A stretch of DNA of 64,000 nt from Kudoa neothunni (Eukaryota; Animalia; Cnidaria): assembly GCA_964304625.1 (NCBI GenBank), contig OZ199838.1, forward strand, positions 5,654,178 through 5,718,177. The letters run 5' to 3'. The position numbers were made by a program, and so were the translations under genes. Under the pieces are notes generated by a model. The model ran no database searches. It was not told where the DNA came from and was given only the letters and a program-made list of their open reading frames with translations. Shown piece by piece: positions 39,022-52,159 of this stretch; positions within the stretch are counted from its first letter, which is position 1, and each line of letters opens with the position of its first letter.

Positions 39022-40363
39022 CCTCCCGAGCGTCTTTGGGGTTCATTTGACCCAAGGGATGTTTGAATCAATTTTAAAGAACTTTATTTTACATCAGTGA
39101 ATTAAATATCATACCTATTCTCCTATAAATATGAGTTCTATTAAAATATTCCAGAAAATTTAAATTTGTACAGTAAGATCGCGAAATAATCAAAATACAT
39201 ATTCTTTCTTTGGGGTTCAATGGACTCCACGTTTTTTTTCTATCAAACAACAAAAAAAATAAATTAAAACAATTTTGAGGATTCAATAAAATTCTATCGA
39301 GCGGAAACAGAGTTAATTTGAAAAAACTATGTGTACGTCAAATGCCGATCATTCGCCGAGGAGTGAAATGCTGCCAGAAATGGTTTTTAGTGTAATATTT
39401 TGAATGAAATTGAATCCGATATCAATGGATTTTAAGATAACTTTTGATAATTTCGTTGTTAACGTCATTACAAAACTTCTGGAGATAATAAATGCTATCG
39501 AAATATATACGAAGATAAGGATGGTATTAATTGGTTTTCTGAGAAATTTCAAATAACCCAAAGCTCTAAACGAAATATTTTTCCAAATCTAAACTTTAAC
39601 CTCACATTTCTATTATTCAAAAAGAATAAACTCCTTAGCTAATACATTCCTCATATTTTATGGCAAGTCTTTTTCTTAACTGATATTTCAAATATTAACA
39701 AGTTGGACAACTATAATTATCAGCATTATTTGAAGATTCGGCAAACCAACAGTCGTTGGCATATATTGGAATCCTTGTCAATATGTTAATTTTTAGATCT
39801 AAATTATAATCAGTCAAATTCGTTTGTCGCGAGTGATGCTGTTATTATTCATGATCTCGACTGAGACAGGAAAGCGAGGAATGTTTTTTGTGTTTGTAGA
39901 ACCAACTCTAATAAACGTAATTCAAAAGTTGTTTTCGTGATATTTCGTAACATTAAAAACTAAAATAATATAAATATCTCGCATTTTATCTATTTTGAAA
40001 CAATATGTATTGCGGGTTTTATTTGGCGTGATTATTAAGAAATTAATTATAAAGGAAACAATTTTTAAGACTTCGTTAATATGAAATGATATATATTTTA
40101 ATTAAAATCCATTAAATTAAATAGTCAAGTTAAACTTGTTAAATCAGATGCCCAATTGAACTTTTTTAATGTTTGGGTAATGATCTTTTACAACCGGCTG
40201 ATGTTATAATTGTGACATTTTTCAATATTTTATCGATACTTTTCTCTCCTACTTTAGTAAATTACTTGTTACATTTTTATCCATAATTCAAGTTAAAAAA
40301 ATTTTGGGTTATTGGACCCCAAAGGAAGGAATGTGTAAAGTCGGTTTTCAGGCGCATATAAGG
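39022..40363. mobile_element. Old TTAA-flanked piggyBac-like non-autonomous element
   Basis: TTAA-CCTCCCGAGCG ... GGCGCATATAAGG-TTAA, with GGGGTTCA..GACCC hairpin motifs near both ends and again ~170 bp inside the left end. Confidence 0.55.
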
Positions 40364-40499
40364 TTAAAGCGTTATCGGGAGCCAAAATGATGGCAATTAA
40401 GCATTTTAATCTACCCAGTAATAATTATATTGTAGTTTTCAATTAATGAGAATAGTTCTTCCCTCTCTCGGTAGAACATTATCAAAAAATAAGGTATTA

Positions 40500-41400
40500 T
40501 TTGTTCAAACGTTTTAATTGACCGAATACGAGTTTTTATGGAAAATACACCAGATTGAAATTGAGTTGTATAGTTGAATTATTAGCTTGTGAGAAAAAAA
40601 TATCTCAAATTTTTTTAAGTAAAGAAAAAGTGATTCTTCAAAGAAATAAGCTATAAATAAAAGAATTTCATTTTAGTAATAGGCTGTTTTGTAAATTCAA
40701 AAAACCGCAAGTTCCTGAGAGAGGCAGGTAATGTGGCGGATATGGTGACAGATAATGAATGGACTGAAAATGTGTTTGACATAATAAATAATTCCAATTA
40801 TTAACTTATTTTTATTCTTGACAAATATGCTCTTTTTTATGGGGAATTTTTTTCAGCGTACATATATTATAGAAACCGAAATCGAAATGAGGGGATGTAA
40901 ACAATCAAAAATGAGTCAACGTGTTGGTACCTGCCTCATTGTTTGGAGAAAAGATACCACATCAAATTTTTATTACGTTGTTGATAAGTTCCCAAAGACA
41001 CATTGTTTAAAGGAATGAATGATAACCCTTCAAATATTTCTCACAAAATTAGTTGGGTGTTTGCAGCCAGTTTTATTTTATAAGATACTAAAATACTCGA
41101 AGAAGAAATTTATTCGGAAAACAGAAACATTCGTATTCTACTAGATCAATGTCCCCTTTATCCTTAATCCATAAATATATTAAAAAGTATCCAATTGAAT
41201 TTTCTTCCGATAAATACCGCTAACATCATGTAGCCAATTTATCTCGGTGTAATTCATAGTCTTAAAACGAATTACAGAAATATATATTCTCCAAAAATCT
41301 TTTATTTAACGATGACGCAATAAATACTCCAAAATACATCATGTTAGATTGCCTAAATACCCCAAGAAATGTTTGGAAAACAGTCAGTAGGTTTGTTATC
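40500..41400 (+). pseudogene. Tigger/pogo (TIGD, DDE_1) transposase relic
   Basis: GCKQSK..., ILLDQCPLYP and FLPINTANIM*PIYLGVIHSLKTNYRK resemble the Tigger LLDNCPAHP / FLPPNTTS.LQP.DQGVI..LK..YRK motifs. Confidence 0.75.
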
Positions 41401-43432
41401 GTCAATAATTTCAATAAATTCTCGATTTCCTGTAATGGTATTCTGTTAACTTCAAACTTTTTAGTATACATAAAAAGAAATCATTCATTTGTTCTAATTG
41501 TGAAAAACATTTAATTATTGACGGCATAAGTTGTTGCTTATTCGTTTTAATTATTATAGATCAGAGTTTTCCTATTGGGGTTCGAGTCTCACACCTTGAA
41601 TCAATGGAAAAGTTTTACGTCCGAGCATGCTTCGGACATAATGTACCAATTATAATTTATAAATAATCGGAATCTCTCTCGAAAATATATGTGTGATTCG
41701 TGCGCAATCGAAGCTGAATTAAGACTATTAAACAAATAGTCATTTGATGAATTTTATTGGAAATTAATTTGTTTTACATCTACTTTTTGCTATTTAATAA
41801 TATATGAAATAAAAATGGTAATTTATTTCTTATTAATTCATAAATAAAATATTTAGTAAGAATCTTGTATGTATACCTTGACAAAAAAATCGTAAAATAT
41901 TTCCTTTGGAATGGAAAGTACAAACAAATTATAAAATGTTTCAAAATAGGTTGAATTATTAAAAATTTCATTATGTATTTTCTTAAATTAAACTTTAATT
42001 AGCGCTCATATATTCTATAGACCCGAACTTTACTCTTGAGGTTGGGTCATGTGTCTATTTTCTTAAATTAACTTTTAGTTTTATGATTAAAACAAAAAAC
42101 TACAATATCTCCAATTTCGCGCAAGCGCCACTGTTCACATCTGATATTTTGCACTAAAATATTAAAATATCTAGTTTACCCACTGATAAAGAGATCTGGT
42201 TTAGCCTGTTTAAAACCCAAATATGACATGAAAAGTCCAAACATTAAATTTATTATCAGTTATATATATTTAATTTCCATTTTTTTAAGTCGGCGGCTTT
42301 TTCATTTTTAAAGTAATTTTAGTTAAATTATTTTTTCCGCCAAAAAATACATCTATTCTTAAATATCTTTTTTAGGAATGGGTGCTGAAACTAAGATGAA
42401 TGGGGAAGCGCTGTTATGGATGAACTCGATGATGCTGATCATTTGGAAGAGGAAGAATCTATTCATGACAACAAACTTGACAAGCATGACTTAAGTACAG
42501 TAGTTAACCAATTTTTCGCACATTTTTCAGCCTTCAAGCCTATTGTTGCTCTGATGAACATGCGATAAAAATAATTGTCCTTTAATTGGGTAGCAAATTT
42601 GTATAATGTATGTGTATTTTCCGTCTTATTCTCCATAAAACTGTTTTTTAATAATCTAATTTTGTTATCTTTGATAAACGTACATATTGCTTTGCGATAA
42701 CTCGAACCTCCGCATGGATACAAATCCCATTTACTGGCTATTTCATCGTGTTATTTCCTGTATTTACCAAATGTGTTATACGTCAAGAGAAATACGAGAA
42801 TTATAATAATTTTAATATATATAGTCATATTATTAATAATTAATGTAAACGTATTGATGAGAATTCTTTTTTTTCTTAAAGTACATGCCGCACATCCTAT
42901 AATTAAAATATAACGATGTTATAATAATATTGTTGTATAAATTTGTGTGGCCAAATTAAATTTCCCTGCTGCGCGGGCATTATCCGCGCAAAATCGGTTA
43001 CCTGATGTAACTTGAACATTTCTATTCACACGGTAGACCTCTACTAATATTTTGAAAAATAAACAATTTTTACATAGCAACCTAAAGTCTCGGCTAACAC
43101 AATCGGAAGGCCTTTACAGCCGAAGAGATTACATGCTTGCTCTTTCTACATCCAGTCATGGATCTTTTAAGCGAAGTATGTAAAAATCAAGGGATAAAAA
43201 CGAAACAGATAACTTTCCAAAAAAATAGAAATATTTGATGTATACACGCATTAGAAAGACCTCGATATTGCAATGCTTCTTACTATTGTGTGATAAATTA
43301 TATTCCTCAAAACATAATTTACGTTAAAAATTATCGCACAATTTATATTGCATCGTAAACACCGCGACAACCCCGAATGGATCAATTAGCTTACATACAA
43401 ATGAAATAATAATAGAAACAATAAAAAAGTTG

Positions 43433-44712
43433 TTATATAATTATTATCTGAAAACAAATAAGAGATAGAATACAAAGGAAGAGGTTGATCAAATCTGCAT
43501 ACAAGTTGAGAGCAGCCACAACGTAAGCATCAATAGGATATTCATACTTTCTTCCCCCCACAATGAGTTGCGTATCATAAACAATGTACTAAAAATAAAT
43601 TATAAAGCCGCAAAAATTAATGTTATAGAGTTTTTAATATGGTATTTTTAACAATTCAAATGTGATGTGCCAATATAACGAAAAACACAGAAAAATACAA
43701 CTGAGGATACAAGAACACCGAAAATAATCAATCCCATCGTAATAGTCAAGATATAAGGACCACATCCAGTGAAATCATACTAATCTATCATTATAATAGT
43801 TTCGAATAATTAGCAAAAATACTTGTGTTTGTATGGCAAATATTACAAGCAAAACGAATATAACCTAAATTTGAAATTACAATTATTGCCTATAAGTGAA
43901 TGTAAGAAAACTAAAGTACGAATGCGGCTGTTATAGCGTATAGAACTATTTCCGAGTTGTAGTTGCTAATTACTTAAATTATTATCAATACGAAAACTGA
44001 CATTGTACCATGAAGTAAAACCTATTAATGTTGACAATATCAGAGTCTATAAAAGAAATTGCCTTCAAATTGACATATAACGGGAGGGTTATGTAAAGGG
44101 ATAACATAATAATATTAACCGGATGTTTTTGACTGAAGTAAACATTAAATTTAATTACCAACTTCTTAGCTACCTTAAATAAGGCACAAATACCAACAAC
44201 AGTGATATGGACAATAGCGATGCCCTAAAATAGTACAGGGTAGAAATTTCGTTGAAATTCATACAATGATGTGTAAAGAATCCATGAGTGTTGGGCAAAG
44301 TATTCTGCAATTGGTTTGCTTAATTTGAAAATTAAGTTTCATGTGGGTGTTGCATACACATACTAGTAGAAAAAAAGAGCGATAAACCCACATGTAACAA
44401 GAAGTTGTGCAGACACAATAGCCAACACCTAAAAAGAGATGATTTCCTTGTGCCAGAAAAACTGTGGTATGGTTTCTGCTTTGGTTTCATAGAGTCAAAA
44501 CGTAGTCGACATACTATATATTATTTTATTCTTACCTTCCTAATAAAGCCTAAATATTTATTATAAAACTTTAAAAATCAAATTAAACCGTGTCGAATCC
44601 TGATATCACAATCTTTTATTAACGGATAATCCCGTTCTTCCTGCGTTAGGATCTCAGCGATATAACATTGTGGCAGTTCCACCATTTCATTTATTTTTTT
44701 CTCTGAATTCAT
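43433..44712 (-). CDS. Lifeguard/TMBIM paralog 2 (damaged; possible pseudogene)
   Basis: Same 11-exon layout (IRH|GFIRK|VLAIVSAQ ... YDFTGCGPY ... YIVYDTQLIVGGRKYEYPIDAYVVAALNLYADL). The intron 6 donor reads AT instead of GT and exon 10 is 19 codons shorter. Confidence 0.85.
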
Positions 44713-47139
44713 TTTTAACAAAAATGTACCAACCTACCGGCAATGTTATGATTAACTATTGGATTAGGAAAAGATAATCAGTATACAAACGCGATGAAAT
44801 CTGATTAAATTTGTCTCTATTATTTATAATTATTAAAATGTTTAGTTACTTATTTTGTTAATATAAATTAAATAATAAATATTTCATTTTTCTTGTAAAC
44901 TCAAATACGAAGGGAACGCCATATTAACGGTGTTTTAGGTCCCTTTGACTATTTTAATATTTGGAATGATGATTTCATATAAAATTTAGTTACGATGGAT
45001 TAAATAAATTATAATAATCCTTTTTATGAGATTCATAAGTTAAACTCTTTTGCTATTAATGAAACCCTCCATAATGAAGTTTTTTTTAAAAGAAGTCGTT
45101 TGAGATAAATTTTCTAATGAAGTTCACACCGTAATTTATACTTGTTTATCTAAATCCATAAATATCCGATAATGATATATTGTACGACACCTAAAATTCA
45201 CCATCTCGCGCTCACATTTTTCGCTTTCTTCCTTGATTATATTTTTATCACAAAAAGTTATCAAATTATCATAATACACTGCAAAAATGTGTTTAAAAAC
45301 CATATTTGTTTACACTAACCTTCATAATAACATGGCGATCCTCATTGGGCAATGTATTAATTTTCAAACTTTAATTAAGTTATGAATTTTAGATTAATAA
45401 TTGAAATTTTTACAAAATTTTGTTTCAGGTTTGTCCAAGGTATTTAATGTTTTTGGGGAGAGTTTTCATCGTCGTTGAAGTTCCAGCAATGTGATCTAAT
45501 TCCATGAAATAGGCGAAAGTAAGCAAAATAACAATGCAAGTGTAAAATCTTCTTTACAAGAGAATTTTTTGTTTACGTTAATTTTATATTGAAACTTTCT
45601 GTATATTTAAAGATATGTGCGCCACTTTTTATTTTTACTTTAACATTATAATTTGTTACAATAAAGAGATCTAAAAATATTTATTCATTCTTAACTCCTG
45701 CATGCCTAAATTTTTGGTTTGCAGTCTGAAATATAATATATTACATAAAAATGGTTAGTTATAACGATTTAAAAAGTTAAAATGCTCATAAATTTTGTTA
45801 TCAGCCATTATAAACAAATTGAAGGAAACGTGAAAATTAATTCTTAAACTTTAAGGCCTAAAGTATGACTTTCTAACTGTCACGTAAAGTATAATATTCA
45901 AACTTAATGTGGATATTAAGTTAATTCGACTTATTTGGTTGTGGTGCTGAAAGACCAAAAAAGGCACTGGCTTACTGACACTGAAATTTTTCATCCAAAA
46001 TAGCATTAACGTTTGCGCGGTGTCTATTTTTAATCCTCGTGACTCCTATTTATAGTTTCCTTGTAAGTTTATTTTTTTAAATCTGCTGTATCTAATTGTT
46101 TTTGAACCAGGGAACGGTAATAATGGACCAAAAATAATTAAATACAGTCAAAACTATTGCTACCAGAATATTATTTACCATGCCAATAGCCATTTCTAAA
46201 AAGAAAAATGAAGAGAAAGAGGTTTCAAAATAATTTAAGATTCTAATTCACAATCTAAGAATGTAATATTTTGTTTAAAGTGGTCGCTGCGGGCATATCG
46301 ATCACATATTTTACAATATTAGCGGCTTCTGCATACATTAGGGGACGGCTCGTGCCATGATTTAATGACTTAAACAATATTCTTACTAATTAAAATGAAT
46401 CGAATAAAAGCATAACAATTGTAATAAAGCATTAAAACCTTATTTTTTTGTTTTAATACGCTGTAAATAAGAATTAGCTCAAATTTACGACTCGTGGGTG
46501 CTAAGCTTAAGAAAAAAGTTGCCCAAACGATGGGTCGTGAGCACTTGAAGAGAACTAAGAATTTTCGTTCTTGAAGGATAAAGTGGATATAATGACGTAT
46601 TATGAAAGAATATCGAATAGGTAAAACAGAAAAACGAAAATTCTCGATTATTTTAACGGGTTTTTCATCCAAATCCGGATTTGATTTGTTTACTTCACGA
46701 ATTTATAGTTGAAAATGGTTTTATTTCTCGCTATTAGTCTGAGATGATATGAGAATTGTATTTTCAGTGTTATGCACGCTTATAATTGTTTTTAATATTT
46801 TGGCACATTTAAAATTTCCATGCCAGCGTTATGCTAATATTTTGACTTTTAAGTATCCATATTCAATGCTGTCTTCAACTTTATCTTGGTGATAATTTAA
46901 CTGTTATGCCTTTTAGAAGCGCAGAGAAACTCTGAGTCAAAAATAGAACGAGAACGTTCGATGTTTACTCACGATAAATAATTATTTTAATATGTGGTTT
47001 ACGTGACATAAGGTATAGGTTGCGTGACACTAATATGTCTAGATTATCGTAGCCGCCCCATAAATCGGTTTAGATGGTGGGTCCCAATAGGGCACAATGA
47101 GGTATAATCGATTCTATAATTATCGACACATTTTGATTT

Positions 47140-47480
47140 AAAAAGCACTCTGTTGTGACGATACCTGCGCTTGCATATTGCGACTCATCAATTTGCAACA
47201 TGAAACCCCAACCACCAATTGAAGGATTCTCGATATTAAGATATATCATTTAAATTTCGTGAACATAATTTTTCCAGTTTCCAACCATTCCTTTTGAGCT
47301 CATCTTGAATTGTCTCATAATTGTGTAATAGTTCATGTATGTACCATTAACGTCTACAAAAGTCAGATAAAAAATCTGTCATGACGTAGGCTTTACCCCT
47401 TCAAAGAAGTCCCTTTTCCGAACGATATCTTTTTATTATATGCATAACAACCGAATATAAATTTATCAATATTGTTTTCT
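47140..47480 (-). pseudogene. Merlin/IS1016-like (ISXO2) transposase relic
   Basis: Minus-strand GGWGFMLQIDESQ..YRHNR resembles the Merlin GG.G.IVQIDES...KRKYNRG motif; upstream RKRDFFEG-like segment. Confidence 0.6.
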
Positions 47481-47554
47481 GTTTTTTGTAACATATCTGA
47501 CTTACGAGTTTCATATTTGCGATATTTCGTCAATAAAACAAATATTTGTAATAT

Positions 47555-48469
47555 TGTGACGGCTGCAGCTTAGGCGCTATGAGAAGCATCCGCCATTTAT
47601 ATACATGCCCCCTGACAATACCCTAGATAGTATGGTTTGATGTTATTTCCATGTGTGGTTATAATGCTATCATTGATGATTATTGAGTTAGTTAATGGAT
47701 CAAGTTGAACTGTAACGATAAATGGGCAAGACCAAGAGCCGGATTTTTTTAAGTATTTATGAATTTTGAAGAATGTGCTCAATCAGTTTATCGCGTAAAG
47801 TTTCTTCCTTTTTATGCCTAGTAATGGAATAGCGATGGCATACTTGGTAAAAAGGTCAACGCAACATAGAACATAACGGTTTTGGTTAGGTGTAATGCAC
47901 AATGGGCTAATGATATCCCATTCCATAGTTTCGGAAGGATAGGTGGATCTAACTGTAACCAAGTCAGGTTTGCTGGTAGACCAAGGATTTAGTTGACATG
48001 TTGGGAAACTACGTACATAGTTTCGAGTTTCAAGTTAATAATCGGGCCAAAATGCGTTATCGCGTAATTTGGAGAACGTTTTAAAGAAACCTTGATGGCC
48101 ACAATGATCATGGTATTCCATTAGTAACATCGAGCGTAACGTCTGTGGTATGAACAATTGACGAACTTCTCGGTCTTTTAATTTAAGGATTATAACCAAT
48201 AAACCTTCTAGAAGGCAGTAGTTACGTTTTCCTGTATAGTTACCAGATTTAAGATTTGCTGTAATATGAGATGTATGGGGATCATTTGATTGGCAGTGAT
48301 CCAAATGTCGATTGGTAATGATAGGAAATGGATATTGATAGCGTTGGCATGTTTCTCGACTCTTGAGAAAAAATCAACGTCGATATTCTCAGAAGCAGGG
48401 TTATGAAGGATTTCCAAGTCGTAATTTTGAAGGAATAGCAACTAATGGGATATTCGGCCATGGGTATCT
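47555..48469 (-). pseudogene. Truncated, decayed Gypsy element related to 14007-17917, including a 51-bp 3' LTR remnant (47555-47605)
   Basis: IKDTHGRISH*LLFLQNYDLEI, INIHFLSLPIDIWI, HDHCGHQGFFKTFSKLRDNAFWPDY and THGNNIKPY align with the intact polyprotein. PPT-like AGGGGG is followed by TGTA...TCACA. Confidence 0.9.
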
Positions 48470-48473
48470 TTAA

Positions 48474-51025
48474 CCCTCTAACGACATTGGGGTGTTCTAC
48501 ACCCCAAATCGACTTTACTCTGCCCATAGCTTCTTACATTTAGCATCAAATAATTTGAATTTCTAGCTATTCTCATAATTTTATAAGTTACATAGGTTGG
48601 GGGAAGCTCAGAAAAAAAATGTGAAACTAAGCTTAAAAGAAAAAACTTACCTCTAACGACATTGGGGTGTATTTCACCCCAGATTTTTGTTGGATAAATT
48701 TAGTTGAAATATTATTATAAAACGTTTGACGAAATCTTAGTATATTCTAATGAGAGATTTTGGAAGAAAATCTCAACAATATCATAGATTAATCCTAATA
48801 ATCTTATTCGAACGCCATTATCATTGCATCGGATATTTTCGTTATTTACATGGTGTGTGATTTCTCTTGTTCTCACATAAATTGATACATGTTTAATAAA
48901 TGTTATTTGATTTATTGATATATTTTAAATACTAAATCTTTTATAAAATTTTACGAAATTATCTAAAACATGGGGACGATGTATTCTCACAGGTTATAGG
49001 GCGAACATTTAACTCTTAGAATATCATATTTTATTAGATTTGAACAATAGTCGTTAAAATTCTTAAGTATTTTAATTAGTAAATAAAAAGGCGACAGATA
49101 ACCTAACAAATAGCATCATTAAACACACGTGGTTGGCTTGTTTTAAAACGTAAATATGAGCAGTGATTTGTCCGAATTTATTGAGGAGCTCGAATCATAT
49201 GGTAGTAAAGTCAAAGACTGATTATCTGAGTTTTTAGAATCATCCGACGAATGCTATGAAATCGAATGTAACCAAGACTCCGCTGAGGGAAAAAGTGGGA
49301 TTGTTTGGAGCCTGATTAAGCCATCTGTTTCAAAAACATCAATTGAAAACATAATGAATTGTAATCCAGGACCAACAATTTACTGTATTCAACGCATAAA
49401 AGAAGTTTTGGATTGTTTTTTGATATTCTTTAATGAAGATATTTGTGGAGAAATTATTAAAAACACCAATATGTTTGGACGTGATTATTTCCACAATTCC
49501 TGGAAAGAAATTGATGATGTTGAATTTAAAGGGTTCCTGGGAATCCTTATCTTAATGGGAATTCATCAAGAGAGAGCGGAACCTTTGCATGAACTTTTTA
49601 GTTTATCTGAAGGGAAGCCAATTTATCGTCAGCTTTTTTCTCGAACTCGCTTTTTACAAATATCGCGAGCACTACACTTTGGCAATAAAGGCACAAGAAT
49701 GCAAAGAAGTGTTGATAAATTTGCTGCAATTCGTGATGTTTGGAACATGTGGGTGAACGAATTACCCAAGTACTTTGCACCTCATGAAGACGTCACAATT
49801 GACGAACAACTTTTCCCTTTTAAAGGAAGATGCCCCTTTAGGCAATATATGCCTAAAAACCGGCGAAATATGGTATTAAATTTTTTCTCATGGCTGATCC
49901 CGTTGAAAAATATGTCCTCAATATTCCTCCTTATCTCGGGAAAATGGCGAAAACGCTACTAGAAGTGTTGGAGTTGGCGAAAGCGTTGTTCTTTCACTTG
50001 CATCTCCATTGTACAATTCTGGGAGGAACATTGTTGCGGATAATTTTTTTTCGTCGCTATCACTGGCATCAAAGTTGCTGCAAAAACGCCTTACTTATCT
50101 TGGAACTATAAGGAATAATAAGAGGGATTTGCATCCATGTGTGCTTCCATCAAGGAACAGGGCGTTGCATAGTACCTTATTTCTCTTCCATGAGAAAAAC
50201 ATGATAACGTCATATGTTCCCAAGAAAGGAAAGGCCGTTAATTTTCTATCGACAGGAACAAATAACACCAACGTAGGAAATCTACAAAATGACAGAAAAC
50301 CACACGTTATAGAGCACTACAATAGCACTAAAGGTGGGGTCGATACTGTCGACAGGATGATATCTTCAGTATCCGTTCGTAGGTTCTGCAGAAGATGGCC
50401 AGTCGTCGTATTTTATATGATTGACATATCATTAATCAACGCCTTCTGCATCTATAAAAACATTTTTAAGGAAAATCCCCCAAAAAGAAGAGTTTTTTTA
50501 AAAGAAATGGCAGAATTATTGTACAGGCCACTTCTTAGTAGAAGTACTAAAATTGAAAAAGTAGTCAAAAGGACTCTTACATCCAATAAAAATAAACATA
50601 ATGTTCCTTCAAATTCGAAATCGCAATCTAGATGCCAATTATGTCCCCGAAAAAACGATAAAAAACGACCTTATGCTGCGAAATCTGTCAACGATATTAT
50701 TGCAAAGATCACTCATCAAAAATCTGTTCTGATTGCTCAAAATAAACAATTAATTTGATTATATATTATTTTTTATTTATTCGTCTACTTATGCTTACAA
50801 AAAATACGTATTTCATTCGCAGGACGCATTTATACAAGTTTTTGAACAATGCGCGAAATCTTCCGATAGGATTAAAATGGGCTTAATGATGTCAATATTC
50901 TGTATTTTCCTTGAAATCTGTTCGTATGAATTTTTTATAACTTTGCGTATTACTTTATATTAATTTTACAAATAAAGTAATCAAAAAAAATCTGGGGTTA
51001 AATCTACCCCAATGTCATTAGAGGG
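48474..51025 (+). mobile_element. Full-length piggyBac transposon (2,552 bp)
   Basis: TTAA at both ends; 20-bp TIR CCCTCTAACGACATTGGGGT / ACCCCAATGTCATTAGAGGG (1 mismatch); internal TIR repeat at ~48650. Confidence 0.95.
49156..50758 (+). pseudogene. piggyBac transposase (PGBD4-like), disrupted
   Basis: Acidic N-terminus from ATG 49156 with an in-frame TGA at codon 22; VTIDEQLFPFKGRCPFRQYMP, KPAKYGIKF, ADNFFSS, YNSTKGGVDTVD and a C-terminal Cys-rich domain. Frameshifts near 49860, 49960 and 50670. Confidence 0.92.
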
Positions 51026-51429
51026 TTAATAATCATTCAAAATTTGTGCTCACTTCGACATGATGAGCAATTTTAGCCCTATCTTTGGCATTAACAATCT
51101 CGTATTTTCTCTTATTAGAATTATTATTTTCAATTTGATCACGCATGCTTTTATGGTCATAACTGGAGAAAACGTGAAAATGTGTGTGCAATTTGCATCT
51201 TGATCGTGAAATACTGTAATAAGCGTTCATTGGTCACCTCCAGGTATTCGAGGGTTAATCGTAAACTAGAGAATATTTTTGATTAGACAACATAATTACA
51301 AACTACTATATAGTTTTAATATTTGATGCAAACTAGAATTATTACTGGTTTCATTAGGAAATACAATTAGAACTAGTGTTTATTCATTATCAAAGTGATA
51401 GATATCGAAAGAATAAAACACGTATTAAA

Positions 51430-52159
51430 GCTTTAAAGGTGATCATAATTCCAGCTCACCAAGCGAATTTCGGAAATACGTTCCGGAAACTAAACATTCA
51501 AAATTAAAAGAAATTTGCCTCAAGCTTGTTTCTATGTTTGGAACAGCTTATTGTTGTGAGTTTGTTTACTTAACGATGACGTTTGTAAAATCGAAGCATC
51601 GCAAATCCTTCACAAACAAACACACCTGACGGAACCAATTCGTTCATCGATAACAATATACGAACCAGATTACAGTCAGCTCACTTATATGGAAACATAA
51701 AAAATATGTAACATTAGAAAACAATTTCTAAACAATATTTTTCCAAATAATTCAATTCTTGTGTTATTACTTCATTTGTAAATATTTAATTTTATATTTT
51801 GGCACATCACCATACATGATTAAATATGAAAAATATTTTACTATTTTTGCGACCCTTTCCATAGAGAAAAAGTTTCCTGGATCATTACCTACTTATTTTC
51901 TTTTTCGGGAAAACCATCATAAATTTTATCTGTAAAAATTTTATGTAAGTTTTTGGGAGAATAACTGAATAAGAAAAAAATTAAAAAACGTTTATTTATA
52001 ATTCTACATCATTTTTTCTTAATATTTTCTAAAAAATTTTCAATGGTGTTAATTTTAAATAAGGAAGTGGTACATAAATGATTTTAATGTCTTGTGGCTC
52101 TTGAAGATTTGGTCAACCTTAAAGTTAGCTTCCGATCTTCGAAAGTCTGGCCACCCCTG
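51430..52159 (+). mobile_element. 3' remnant of a hAT (GTF2IRD2-like) transposon
   Basis: KLVSMFGTAYCCEFVYLTMTFVKSKHRKSFTN matches the hAT dimerisation motif; terminal TGGCCACCCCTG at 52148-52159. Confidence 0.75.

Noticed and set aside
49156-49230. Alternative genetic code or programmed readthrough suggested by the in-frame TGA in the piggyBac ORF
   Set aside because: The same ORF has several frameshifts, so it is decayed. The 1251-aa Gypsy ORF and the host genes read cleanly in the standard code.
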